From positions 1 through 53,892 of the IMG/VR virus record IMGVR_UViG_3300027906_000022: 53,892 bases of DNA; one strand, written 5' to 3'. A program made the position numbers and the translations under genes. Shown piece after piece: positions 19,201 to 28,422 of this stretch. Every line of letters begins with the position of its first letter. Positions within the stretch are counted from its first letter, which is position 1. Source of the stretch: a virus. Lineage: Duplodnaviria; Caudoviricetes. The notes under the pieces are model-generated. The model searched no databases and was not told where the DNA came from. It worked only from the letters and a program-made list of their open reading frames with translations.

Positions 19201-20267
19201 TCATAAGTAAGTTTTTCATCATCACTTATAAAATAACCATCTTGTTTAGGGATAAACATTGATTGAGTAAATGGTGCAAATATAGAATATTCACCATCAT
19301 CGAATTTAAATCTATAACTAAATCTTATAAATTTATCTTCTAAAAATTGAGGATCACCACCATAAGTAGCGTCTAAATAAGGGTTTGCTGTTCCATCTGG
19401 TAATGTTGTAGATGTAACATCATACATGGTAGTTTCTAATCCACCAAAAGTTAAAGCAATGTTGTTTGCTATAGTGTTAGATTTATTTGTATCAAAACTA
19501 GTAACGCTATTTATTTTTGTTACGATAGTTCCACTTTTAACACCTGTGCCTGATACACCTAGTCCTACTGCAACTACTCCCACAACATTATCTACTATAA
19601 TAGTCTTAGAATCACTAACAACACCATTAGTATCCGCCGTTATAACTGGTTGACCAGCTTGACTACTTACATTTAAAACTTCTATAGGTTGATAAGGATT
19701 ATATTTAGATACAGATATAGAATCTTCATCAGTATAATAAGTTGGTACTACATAAGCACTACCAAAGCTATTAGCTGCATCAACATTTATTTTTCTAGGT
19801 TGGTTTCTATTATCAGTCCAAAATAAAAGACCTTCAATAATATTAATCCCTATTATATGATTAGTTTGTGAGAAATTTAAAAAAGCACCTTCTACTAATA
19901 CAGCAAATTCACCACTCTGTTGGTTGTACCCCATGATATAGTTTTTTGCTGCAGGGTTATATATAATATTAGTTTCAGCTTGAGTGTCAAAATTATCTGT
20001 CCAAAAACTATATATAGTTGTGTTATTTTCATCTACAAATTCACCTATACATTTAATGTTAGCAGCACCTACAAGAGTAGAGAACTTTTGCCCGTTAAAT
20101 AATACTTCTGAGTTTCCTAAAACGTTTTCTAATGCCCCCACATCTGAACCTTCTGATCTACTGATCTGAACATTTTGCGCATCGCGATATTCTCCAGATG
20201 GTAACAGCCTGTCATCCAGGTCTTTGTTCATCTTGGACTTTATAAAAGCGTTTTTAACTTCAGCCAT
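16212..20267 (-). CDS. Tail nozzle/stabilisation protein, N-terminal part, with Ig/cadherin-like C-terminal extension
   Basis: N-terminus KMNKDLDDRLLPSGEYRDAQNV...GALENVLGN, LLFWTDNRNQPRKIN, RFSYRFKFDDGEYS; C-terminal VVARVTDAGGL cadherin-like strand. Confidence 0.72.
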   Translation of the reverse strand: MAEVKNAFIKSKMNKDLDDRLLPSGEYRDAQNVQISRSEGSDVGALENVLGNSEVLFNGQKFSTLVGAANIKCIGEFVDENNTTIYSFWTDNFDTQAETNIIYNPAAKNYIMGYNQQSGEFAVLVEGAFLNFSQTNHIIGINIIEGLLFWTDNRNQPRKINVDAANSFGSAYVVPTYYTDEDSISVSKYNPYQPIEVLNVSSQAGQPVITADTNGVVSDSKTIIVDNVVGVVAVGLGVSGTGVKSGTIVTKINSVTSFDTNKSNTIANNIALTFGGLETTMYDVTSTTLPDGTANPYLDATYGGDPQFLEDKFIRFSYRFKFDDGEYSIFAPFTQSMFIPKQDGYFISDDEKLTYESTIVDFMENKVTKIDLLIPLPATRAVLQATTTSPIKITEIDILYKESDGQAIRVVDTIKVENAPPWNTSLTDDVYIYSYESTKPYKTLPEDELIRVYDRVPVRAKAQELISNRITYGNFQDKHTPPPSLDYQVGVSDKAANTLAYSSHAITEYPNHSLKQNRNYQVGIVLSDKFGRQSSTILSNSLASLTAGGFGADTVYSPYRCDPATGGCADTVAPAWPGESLKVLFNDTINSDSPAIVPKENGTPGLYNSDKTNANYNPLGWYSYKIVVKQQEQEYYNVYLPGVMKGNPDGTNTGGALSNIVLINDNINKVPRDLSEVGPQQKQFRSSVQLFGRVQNDAATGVVTTAGNEQFYPGRLSDTVSIIQDLRDLFDIDVTIVNTLDVWGFYTAKSNPLIGQVITTQAFGVIADASSPYDPIEYLAIYETEPEVSRLDIYWETSTTGLISDLNTAVATDTGGVWSTGGFVLNLEEDDALNTVVAGPFYGEDVIGTQIPSARIDTDPANGKWSVFDSKAIPENVTSKFTLVESAGSPYTYELKTAEKFYYGPDASTTGNYEFNFTYDISGDESTPPAQSGQLGNIPPTIDGTCPRNITVTTDALPAIVTLTGKNGSADTTRDTDNLTWSIVSQTQGGSPVSIFTMTTVANQGVITAATGAATYAVVARVTDAGGLTADCTLNITIGQPEVPGRFVQTSPPMNDGDGSRYYFSPSYTALDTTPTGPIAANVYGTSLVAPATTNSSLYCTTPGDTGDYTFIRDKQSAGLGISEGAFYVQFWGESSNTGLSGAIEVQATVEYRASSASPWTVAVDVDNSLIGVSTTSDYSGTYSGSYGAVGEGGMTNTSGTNKMTLGASLTSTSGVRRVFAFDLPGEYRITMGALEGTGCNWNNCASTKNINVSQGFIMGDYNYAGGVSTPQQYQYNVGGVTYYAKEHITKYVTQLYTDLNLTTKATFGGSVVKTFYRPSVNWEYTKDGSYTATFNALGARTTVSAPVLYP

Positions 20268-20273
20268 TTAATT

Positions 20274-21512
20274 TTAGTGTTTTATCCATTTAGATTTTCC
20301 TCTCATTACTTGAGATATTTCCTCAAGTTTAATATTAGATAATCTAATTTTAGCATTTCTAAGTTTACTACTTCTTTCTCTTTTTAATCTTTGTACAATA
20401 TATTCAGGTTGATTTATTCTCGATGCTATAACCGCGTGAGACATGTGAGCATATAAAGCTTCTTCTGCCATTTTAGGTATTCTACTATCTAACTCATAAG
20501 CTAAACCATCTGAAACATATTCAAAAATAATTAATTGTCCTACTAAATTACTTGAAAAAGCTATTTTACCTTCTCTTTCATTTAAATTAAACCAACCATT
20601 CATGTTAGCAGTTTTAGGATCCATACCGTATAGTTGCCCATAAGCCATATACCAGTAACCACCGTTACCCCAATCATAACCCCACCAATCTAATCCTTGA
20701 TTAAATTCACTACTGTTAAATTCTTGGTTTATTAAATTTGTATTCGCCTCTGCCCATCGTTCTTCTGTAATAGAAGGAGTTTGTATATTATCATCATCAC
20801 CTGCTTGTACAGGAACCCCTAAGTTATCTTGAGCTGGAATTTCATAAGGACTATCAGTAAGATTATTTGTAGGATATATAGGGTGTAAAACACCTAGTTG
20901 ATCTATCCAAGATACTTTTACATAGTTAACATAATCTTGTGGTAAAGCTAATCCTAAGCTTGGAGGGATTGTAAGCTCTTGAGATTTTATACTTTTTAAA
21001 GTATCATAACTAAATTCTTGTAAACCTCTTTTAGCATGAAAAATAAGATCAGTTCTTTTAACACTAGGAATAAGTTTTCCTGCACCTACATATGCTACTA
21101 TAAAATTATTTATAACATCATTTAAAGTAACATAAGCATAGCTTCCATAATTATTTTCAACAGTTGTACCGTAAGCATCTTTGTCACCGTAATTCCCACC
21201 AGTTAAGCTTGTTAATTGACATACTATAGTCATGTTTTGAGCTAGTGGAGCTCCTAATGTAATAGTATTACCCACTAATGTATATGCTGTTATATATTCA
21301 GTATATGTAAACCCGTCCGGACTAGTATAAAGTTTGAAGTTATTTAAACCATAATCATCACTAGTAGGATCATAGTTAGCTAATTTTAAATCAGTATCAA
21401 AAGTAAAAGTAAAAATACTTTGACCCGCTATATCTGTAACTACAAAGCCTTGAGCTCCTGCGTAATATTGTCTGTTAGTTTCGGTTATTAAACCGCCATC
21501 TGGAATAGCCAT
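20274..21512 (-). CDS. Tail ring/adaptor structural protein
   Basis: HAKRGLQEFSYD and LPQDYVNYVKVSW motifs; neck position between capsid and nozzle genes. Confidence 0.6.
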   Translation of the reverse strand: MAIPDGGLITETNRQYYAGAQGFVVTDIAGQSIFTFTFDTDLKLANYDPTSDDYGLNNFKLYTSPDGFTYTEYITAYTLVGNTITLGAPLAQNMTIVCQLTSLTGGNYGDKDAYGTTVENNYGSYAYVTLNDVINNFIVAYVGAGKLIPSVKRTDLIFHAKRGLQEFSYDTLKSIKSQELTIPPSLGLALPQDYVNYVKVSWIDQLGVLHPIYPTNNLTDSPYEIPAQDNLGVPVQAGDDDNIQTPSITEERWAEANTNLINQEFNSSEFNQGLDWWGYDWGNGGYWYMAYGQLYGMDPKTANMNGWFNLNEREGKIAFSSNLVGQLIIFEYVSDGLAYELDSRIPKMAEEALYAHMSHAVIASRINQPEYIVQRLKRERSSKLRNAKIRLSNIKLEEISQVMRGKSKWIKH

Positions 21513-21518
21513 ATTTTA

Positions 21519-22319
21519 TTAACTTTTTTGATTAACTTCTGTAGCTTGTTCTTCAGCTGCAGCTACTTGAATAAGTTGAGGGTCTTTTATAACAACACCA
21601 GCATATAGTAAGATTTTAACTATTAATGAAGTTTGTTCTGATTCAGATAATTCAAAATTTTGTGATATTGCTGAGTCATAAATGTATTGTTGTACCGGTC
21701 CTACGGAATATCCCCATATTACATTTCTAGGTTTTCTTACAAAATCTACAGTAACATCCCCATTAGTATTAATACCACTAGGACTAATATATAGTTTGTT
21801 ATTCTCATATAAATATGTAGGAAAAGTTTGTGTTGCTTGAGTTAATTTTGATCTTTCTGTTTCGTAGTAATCACTTCTTTGAAGTCTTTGTATTTCTACG
21901 GGAATACCTCTGGGTATATTATAAACCACTGGGCCTAATCTATAGAAAGATAATATTGAGGAAGGATATGGAGGTGTTGTAGGTTCTACACCTGTGTATA
22001 TAATCGTATTATTATAAGTATCAACAGCCGGTAAAACCCAAAAAGGATTGTTAGGTGTTGTTGTATTATCATATGTAGCATCTCCAAAAGTTTTAAATAT
22101 AGAAATTCTTTCATCTATATTTTCTATCCTATCAGAATAATCTACATCAGCTTGTGGCACACGTAATTGTTGATTTAAATCATCAAAGTATTGTTCGAAT
22201 ATATCTAATTGCACCTGAGTACCAATTTTGTTGAACTCATCTGGGGTTATATAACCTCGTTGTTCTTTATTAAGTATTGTTAATACTGTTTGATATACCG
22301 TGTTTACGTTTATTGCCAT
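21519..22319 (-). CDS. Head-tail adaptor/tail tubular ring protein
   Basis: ILNKEQRGYITPDEFN N-terminal motif; neck position. Confidence 0.6.
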   Translation of the reverse strand: MAINVNTVYQTVLTILNKEQRGYITPDEFNKIGTQVQLDIFEQYFDDLNQQLRVPQADVDYSDRIENIDERISIFKTFGDATYDNTTTPNNPFWVLPAVDTYNNTIIYTGVEPTTPPYPSSILSFYRLGPVVYNIPRGIPVEIQRLQRSDYYETERSKLTQATQTFPTYLYENNKLYISPSGINTNGDVTVDFVRKPRNVIWGYSVGPVQQYIYDSAISQNFELSESEQTSLIVKILLYAGVVIKDPQLIQVAAAEEQATEVNQKS

Positions 22320-22345
22320 ATTTCTTTAATTTAGATCTATACATC

Positions 22346-22365
22346 AAGGCGACAAAAGCCGCCTT
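22346..22365 (-). other. Intergenic GC-rich hairpin
   Basis: AAGGCGGC-TTTT-GTCGCCTT (8 bp, one G-U); no U-tract follows, so not called a terminator. Confidence 0.5.
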
Positions 22366-22382
22366 AATATATAATCACTTGT

Positions 22383-23210
22383 TTATAGATTTTTTTCTAT
22401 AGACCTATAAATCTCTACACCTTCATCAGTTTTTAAGAAACTGGCAAAAGCCGAATAAGGATTTTCGTCAAATGGAACGCTCATTAATTTTCTATCATTA
22501 GATCCCCAATGGAAGCTTCTTTGATCGTTAGAAAGTTTAACAATATTAGCTTCTACTGCTCTAATAGCAAAATTTCTTAATACTACGTTCTCATCATTAG
22601 CTAAAGCTAAAAACGTTTTTGGTTGTTTTTTAGCCATTAGCATTAAATCTCTTTTAATTTCTTTAGAACTCATTTCAGAAACTGAGCTACCTTTTTCAAC
22701 TCGTAAAATAGCTTCTCCATGATCCACATCCATCTGTCTTGCAGCATTTAATGCGTCAATTTCTAAATTAATATCGTGTAGTTCGTCTACCGCTATAGCT
22801 ACATCATCTTTTTCTTTGTATCTCCCGTCTTTCATAGGGTGATATAAAGATAATAATTTTTGTAAATTTTGTTGTTCTTTAGGTACCATTAAACTTCCAT
22901 CTCTAAAAGTTATATGACCTAAAGTAACTTCACCTTTTTGTTCGTCTACAAATGGTGAGTTTTGATTAGTAGCATATCTTAATTCTCTTTGTTCCCCGGT
23001 TTTATCATCAAACCAAAGTAAAGGATGCTTTTTTGTATGCTTACTAGGAATTGTTAGTGTTAAAGGATGGTGAGCACCGGCTACCCAATACACTCTATCT
23101 TTTATTACCCAAATATCTCTGGGATGTTTTTTTTCTTCTTTCACAATCACTGGAGTTTCCACAACGGGTATCTCTACAGTAGACTGTATTTTTTTAGCTT
23201 TTTTTGCCAT
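22383..23210 (-). CDS. Hypothetical protein downstream of major capsid
   Basis: 275 aa ORF with RELRYATNQNSPFVDEQ motif; function not recognised. Confidence 0.6.
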   Translation of the reverse strand: MAKKAKKIQSTVEIPVVETPVIVKEEKKHPRDIWVIKDRVYWVAGAHHPLTLTIPSKHTKKHPLLWFDDKTGEQRELRYATNQNSPFVDEQKGEVTLGHITFRDGSLMVPKEQQNLQKLLSLYHPMKDGRYKEKDDVAIAVDELHDINLEIDALNAARQMDVDHGEAILRVEKGSSVSEMSSKEIKRDLMLMAKKQPKTFLALANDENVVLRNFAIRAVEANIVKLSNDQRSFHWGSNDRKLMSVPFDENPYSAFASFLKTDEGVEIYRSIEKNL

Positions 23211-23234
23211 GATATAATATAATTTAATAGTTTT

Positions 23235-23276
23235 AAAAAAATAAAGGTAAGGCGCCGTTAAGACGCCTTATCTTTA
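23235..23276 (-). terminator. Intrinsic terminator after the major capsid gene
   Basis: AAAGATAAGGCGTC-TTAAC-GGCGCCTTACCTTT stem followed by a run of Ts on the minus strand. Confidence 0.8.
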
Positions 23277-23286
23277 TATAAAGTGA

Positions 23287-24735
23287 TTAAACTCCTTTGA
23301 ATAATACAAAGTTGTTAGCAGCTTGAGTTACTAAACATCTTTCAGATAGGAAGTTAACTTCCATAGCATCAAGATCTGAAGTAAATGCTCCACCAACAGA
23401 ACCAGTTAACCATGATTTCATACGTCTGTCATCAGCTTGTGATGCTCTATATCTAACGTGTAAAAATGGTCTTCTAATATTTGTACCAAGAATTTGATCG
23501 TAAACAGTAGATGTACCAGCTGGAATTAAAACTCCTTCAATAGAAGCAGGTCCTACTTGTGCACCCCTTGTAGAAGCGTCATTTAAGTATTTCCAGTCAG
23601 TTTTGTAGAAGTCATAAGAACCTCTTCTGAAACCGCTGAACCCAAGGTTCAATGCCATTTCTTCTGAGTTTTCAAATAATCCAAAAGCAGTTCCACCAGC
23701 AGAACCAGCAGAAATAGAAGCAAGCATGTCATCAAAATCTAATGAAACTTCTCTGTTTAAGAAAAGCATGTTTTCTTCAATAGCTCCCTGCGTGTCTAGG
23801 TTTTTAAGAATATCATCAAAATCTCCTATACCAGCAGCAGCACTGAATCCAACTTCAACATTACCTCTAGCCGAGATAGCTGCAAATAAACCTTCAGTAC
23901 CACCCGGTTGTAATGCTGGGACAAAAGCTGCTGCGTTAGCACCAACTAGTTCACCTTCAACACACATCATTTCTAAGTAGTCTTCAAATCTAAGTCTTGT
24001 TTCAGACTCAGCTTTCAAGTACCATAAATAACCGTTTGTACCATCTTCAGTAGCAACTTCAACCCACCCAATTTGAGCAGTATCAGAACCGTTTACTACA
24101 TATTTATTTCTAATAATAACTGGTTTGTTTTGGAACTGCGTAAATGCAGGATCAATACTAACATAACCATTGTTACCAGTGGCATAGTTAGGAGTTGTAG
24201 ATCCTTTTGCATATTCAGAACCATAAACAAATATCTTTTTACCAGCACCATCAACAAGACCTGCAGCGGCCATATTAAGAACGCCATAAGTAGTGATAGT
24301 AATAGTTCTCCCAGCAGCACCAGCTGCGTTAGGATCAGATGCAGTAACTAAACCTTTACATTCATTACCAAACGCGTCCATAACAACGATTGTTTGGTTT
24401 GCAGAGATAACATTAGTAACTCCAGCTGTAGCAGGAATTATAAGGGTACCAGCTCCAGAAGCAGAGGTACAGTTGTCATAAGATATATGCAATCTGTTTT
24501 GTTCAGACCAGATAACCTGATCAGATGTCATAGGAAGCTCAGCTCCTACCATTCTAAGAAATCCAGATAAAGTTCTGTTACCATATCTTTCGACTTCTTG
24601 TTCATAAAGCTCAGGTAAATATTGCTGAGCAAAGTTTCCACCAGCACCACCATCAAATTGAAGATAGTTGCTTGCTAGTGTTTGTTGTATCGGCGACGGA
24701 ATAATCGAGCCGAATTGTGGTGATAAAAATCCCAT
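23287..24735 (-). CDS. Major capsid protein
   Basis: 482 aa after portal and scaffold; QQYLPELYEQEVERYGNR and LNLGFSGFRRGSYDFYK motifs; followed by a strong terminator. Confidence 0.85.
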   Translation of the reverse strand: MGFLSPQFGSIIPSPIQQTLASNYLQFDGGAGGNFAQQYLPELYEQEVERYGNRTLSGFLRMVGAELPMTSDQVIWSEQNRLHISYDNCTSASGAGTLIIPATAGVTNVISANQTIVVMDAFGNECKGLVTASDPNAAGAAGRTITITTYGVLNMAAAGLVDGAGKKIFVYGSEYAKGSTTPNYATGNNGYVSIDPAFTQFQNKPVIIRNKYVVNGSDTAQIGWVEVATEDGTNGYLWYLKAESETRLRFEDYLEMMCVEGELVGANAAAFVPALQPGGTEGLFAAISARGNVEVGFSAAAGIGDFDDILKNLDTQGAIEENMLFLNREVSLDFDDMLASISAGSAGGTAFGLFENSEEMALNLGFSGFRRGSYDFYKTDWKYLNDASTRGAQVGPASIEGVLIPAGTSTVYDQILGTNIRRPFLHVRYRASQADDRRMKSWLTGSVGGAFTSDLDAMEVNFLSERCLVTQAANNFVLFKGV

Positions 24736-24753
24736 AATAATTATAAATTTTAA

Positions 24754-25989
24754 TTAGTTAAATCGTTTTGTTTTAATTTTAAGTTTTGAGGAATCTAATC
24801 CACTAATTGATTTTACTTTTAATCCATTTATGAAGACATTTCCGTCGGCAACTTGCCTTGGCTTTTCATTTGTGATATTTTTAGAACTATCAACGACACC
24901 TTTGACGCCGTCAGCTTTTCCTTGTTCGTAAAAATGATTAGCGAGTTTATCCGCATTCATAGCAGCATACAGTGATTTATGATAACCTGCTGGATCAGTA
25001 ACAACTCCTTGATCGTTAGTATATTTATTTATAAATTTACTAATATCAACTTGTGTTTCACCAGTTTGTTTAGGATTTGAAATTTTATATCTAAACTTTT
25101 TTTGCCCTAACTCAAAATCAAACCCTTGAAATTCAGCATTAAACAATTGATTAGTTTTATTTTTAAAATCCTGATGGTTATTTTCCATCACTTCCTGTTG
25201 CTCATTGTATCGGTTGAAAAAATCCGTAGCTTTTTGTTGATCTTGAGATACACCAGGTCTCAACTTGATTTCCTGATAGTATTTATCTTTAAGATTCTCT
25301 AATTCTGTACGAGCTTTTGCAACTTCTTCTTTGAAAGCTAGTTTTTTCTTTTTAACATCTCTAGCTTCATCCACCTCTTCATCATAGTTAAAATTATCTT
25401 CTAATAAGAAGGCAATTTCTTCACTATTTAAATGAGGTTTAGTTTGTTTATAGTATTCATTTAATAAAGTAACATCATCGGTTTTTGTATAATCATGATT
25501 TAATCTTACATAATCTTCTACAGTTCCCCCTGTTTGTTCCATAAATGAAACTAAATTTTCTATATTTTCAGGTAATGGTTTACCTGTTTTTACAGTTTCT
25601 TTAACAGCATCTTCAACTTTATCAGTTAATTCCTCTGTTTTTTCTTCTATGATTTCTTCGATTTCAACGATAGAATCCTCTTGCTTGGATTCTTGTACTT
25701 CCACACTTTCGCTGGACCGTACTTGTCCGTCCACGCTTTTGCTATCTCCGGGTGATTCGCCCACAGATACCTCTCCTGTTTCTTGCTCTGAAATGGCATC
25801 GTCTTTTGATATTGTAACCTTAGTAACTTCAGGGACTATTTCCCCTGTAGCTTCAGGTTTGGTTAAATCTAGTTTTGTAACTTCTTTGTTACTTGCGTGA
25901 CCTAAGTTTTTAGGCGTTTTTTTCTTTGACTTTATTTTAAAGTCACCTTCCTGTTTTACAGGTTCAGTTGTTTTTGTTTCTTCTGACAT
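24754..25989 (-). CDS. Capsid scaffolding protein (putative)
   Basis: Highly acidic disordered N-terminus, helical core and HFYEQGKAD motif; between portal and capsid. Confidence 0.65.
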   Translation of the reverse strand: MSEETKTTEPVKQEGDFKIKSKKKTPKNLGHASNKEVTKLDLTKPEATGEIVPEVTKVTISKDDAISEQETGEVSVGESPGDSKSVDGQVRSSESVEVQESKQEDSIVEIEEIIEEKTEELTDKVEDAVKETVKTGKPLPENIENLVSFMEQTGGTVEDYVRLNHDYTKTDDVTLLNEYYKQTKPHLNSEEIAFLLEDNFNYDEEVDEARDVKKKKLAFKEEVAKARTELENLKDKYYQEIKLRPGVSQDQQKATDFFNRYNEQQEVMENNHQDFKNKTNQLFNAEFQGFDFELGQKKFRYKISNPKQTGETQVDISKFINKYTNDQGVVTDPAGYHKSLYAAMNADKLANHFYEQGKADGVKGVVDSSKNITNEKPRQVADGNVFINGLKVKSISGLDSSKLKIKTKRFN

Positions 25990-26013
25990 AATATAATATT
26001 ATAAAATTAGTAA

Positions 26014-28422
26014 TTATTGAGGGCTAAAAGCTTCTAATCCAAAATCCCCTATGCTATCATTGCTTGACTCGAAATTAATTGGTGCTCCATCATTTTGTCT
26101 TTGTTGGATCATTTCACTTTGTTGTGAACCTTCCATTTTAATTCTTTTGTCTTTTCTATCTTCTATTTCTGTTTCTTTTAATGATTCCGTTTGTCTTTCG
26201 GCTCTAGCTAATTGAACATTATAGTTAAATTCTTCGGCCATTAACATACGTTTTATTTCAGCTTCAGTTTGCATTCTTTGTATTTCAAACTGTGATTTAG
26301 CTTGTTCTATATTAACTTTTTGTTCAGTTAATACTTGTTGTTTTTGCACTTCCGCCATAGCTGTTTTTTCTGCTAATTGAGCATTTGCTTGTGCTTGTGC
26401 TTGTATATTTGCTTCTTGTATTCTTTGATCTTTTTCTTGCTTAATTCTACGTCTTTGCTTAAGCATTTGATTAGCTAGTTTAAGATTTTTTATTTGTCTT
26501 AAGTCTATAGCGTCTTCAAGTTCAATTCCTCCTGCTTGTAAAGCTACTTGTATGTTTTGTTCTAATTGTGCTTTTTCTTCATCATCTGGTTCTAACTCTA
26601 AGAATATACCAAAATCATGTAAAGATAAATTTTTTACTTCATCTAATGTATGAGTATTATATACTGATATACTTTGCATTAAAGACTGAGCAGTTAAAGG
26701 ATTGTTTAATACATCTGTTAATTTTTTAGAAATATTTTCACATAACCTTAAGCTCATAAATAAACTAGCATTATTAATATGTTTAGTAGCAATGTTTGAT
26801 TGTTGAGCTGCAATTTTTTGTAATCCAACTAGTGTATCTCTATCTGGTAAACTACCATCTCTTGCTTCGTTAAGACCGGTTACATCCCTAATCATCTGTA
26901 GATAATAATTATAAGTAGATATTAAAGCACTTATTTTTGCTTGACCAGCTGATGAAGATAATTCTTGAACTGGTACTTTACCTCTATTTAATTCACCATC
27001 TTGAGTTAATGACCTACCTACAACAGAACCAGTTTGAAAATACATGTTCAATGCTTCTGCTGGATTATAATTTGTTCCATTACCTAAGTCGACTTCAGCT
27101 AATCCGTCCATGTCTAAAAAGACACCGTCAGGAACCATTCTAGATAATACTTGTTGTAGTTTTAAATGAGTTAATTGAATCATGTCCGCAAAACCCATTG
27201 TTTTAGTAACTAAAGATTCTATTCTACCTTTGTACATTCTTGGTGCACAAATAGCATAATTCATTTCAACCTTGGTAGTGTCAGCCATAGGTCTTGTCAT
27301 ATTTTCTGCCAACTCCCATTTTAATAACACGTCTGTTCCTAACACTTTAGCTCCTTCAAACAATATCTCTATACTTCTACTTATTTTAGAAAAAGATTCT
27401 GATTCTGGAGGATTAAAGGTATCCATTTTTTCTAATACTTTTTCTAAACCAGTATCAGTTTGTTTTAATTTAAAAACTTGATCTGCATAAGATTTATATT
27501 CAAAAAATAAAACTTGTACTGTATTTTCATCATATGCACCCCATCCATAAATATAATTATTATTACTATTATATTTTTGTAATTTTTCTAATTCTTCATT
27601 AGAAATATTAGGAAAATGTTTTTTAACTTGAGGAATAGTCATCGCCCTTACTTCACCTACATAATATAAATCCTCAAAATTAGGATCTTCTGTATACGAA
27701 TAAACCATATAAGCTGGATCTACATAATCTAATGTTATACCATTTGATGGATTAAAATTAGTTTTAGCGGCTGCTATACCTAAAGTAACTAAATCTAAAT
27801 TTATTCTACGTTTTAATAATTCAAATTTATTTTGCGCTAATACTTGACTAATCGCCTCTTCTTCTGCTATTTCTATGGATTGTTTATAAGATAATTGCAA
27901 ATGCAATTCCATTTCTTCAATACTTTTTGGTAAATCGTTTCTTGGAATTTTAGTGTTTGATATATCTACACCTGTACTAGCTTTTACTTGCTCTTGTATT
28001 TCCCACGCATACATATCCTTAGCTAAACCTTCTGCGTATTTTGTTCTTTTTTTAATTGACTCTGGATCTTGAGCGTATGCTTTTATATCATAATCTTTAG
28101 CTGATATACCATTTGTTAATATATCTACAAATTTAGATAAGATTGGGACAGGTTTCCAATCTAAATTTAAATAAGACAAATCACCATTAATAGATAATTC
28201 ATCTTTATATTTTTGTACAGGTTGTTCTCCTCTAGCATATAATCTTCTTGTATGAAAATTATTAAATGTAGTTAAATACCTATTACCATTAGTTCTTCCC
28301 TGCGCGAACCATTCTGATTGTATAGCATTAGCAACTTGCTTTCCATACTCCCAAGACATCTTTTCCTGCATAGGTACTACCTGAGCTGGAAACGCGCTAT
28401 TACTATTATAGTTTATCTTCAT
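26014..28422 (-). CDS. Portal protein
   Basis: 802 aa directly after TerL; LDWKPVPILSKFVD and MIRDVTGLNEARDG motifs; Gln-rich coiled-coil C-terminus. Confidence 0.85.
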   Translation of the reverse strand: MKINYNSNSAFPAQVVPMQEKMSWEYGKQVANAIQSEWFAQGRTNGNRYLTTFNNFHTRRLYARGEQPVQKYKDELSINGDLSYLNLDWKPVPILSKFVDILTNGISAKDYDIKAYAQDPESIKKRTKYAEGLAKDMYAWEIQEQVKASTGVDISNTKIPRNDLPKSIEEMELHLQLSYKQSIEIAEEEAISQVLAQNKFELLKRRINLDLVTLGIAAAKTNFNPSNGITLDYVDPAYMVYSYTEDPNFEDLYYVGEVRAMTIPQVKKHFPNISNEELEKLQKYNSNNNYIYGWGAYDENTVQVLFFEYKSYADQVFKLKQTDTGLEKVLEKMDTFNPPESESFSKISRSIEILFEGAKVLGTDVLLKWELAENMTRPMADTTKVEMNYAICAPRMYKGRIESLVTKTMGFADMIQLTHLKLQQVLSRMVPDGVFLDMDGLAEVDLGNGTNYNPAEALNMYFQTGSVVGRSLTQDGELNRGKVPVQELSSSAGQAKISALISTYNYYLQMIRDVTGLNEARDGSLPDRDTLVGLQKIAAQQSNIATKHINNASLFMSLRLCENISKKLTDVLNNPLTAQSLMQSISVYNTHTLDEVKNLSLHDFGIFLELEPDDEEKAQLEQNIQVALQAGGIELEDAIDLRQIKNLKLANQMLKQRRRIKQEKDQRIQEANIQAQAQANAQLAEKTAMAEVQKQQVLTEQKVNIEQAKSQFEIQRMQTEAEIKRMLMAEEFNYNVQLARAERQTESLKETEIEDRKDKRIKMEGSQQSEMIQQRQNDGAPINFESSNDSIGDFGLEAFSPQ

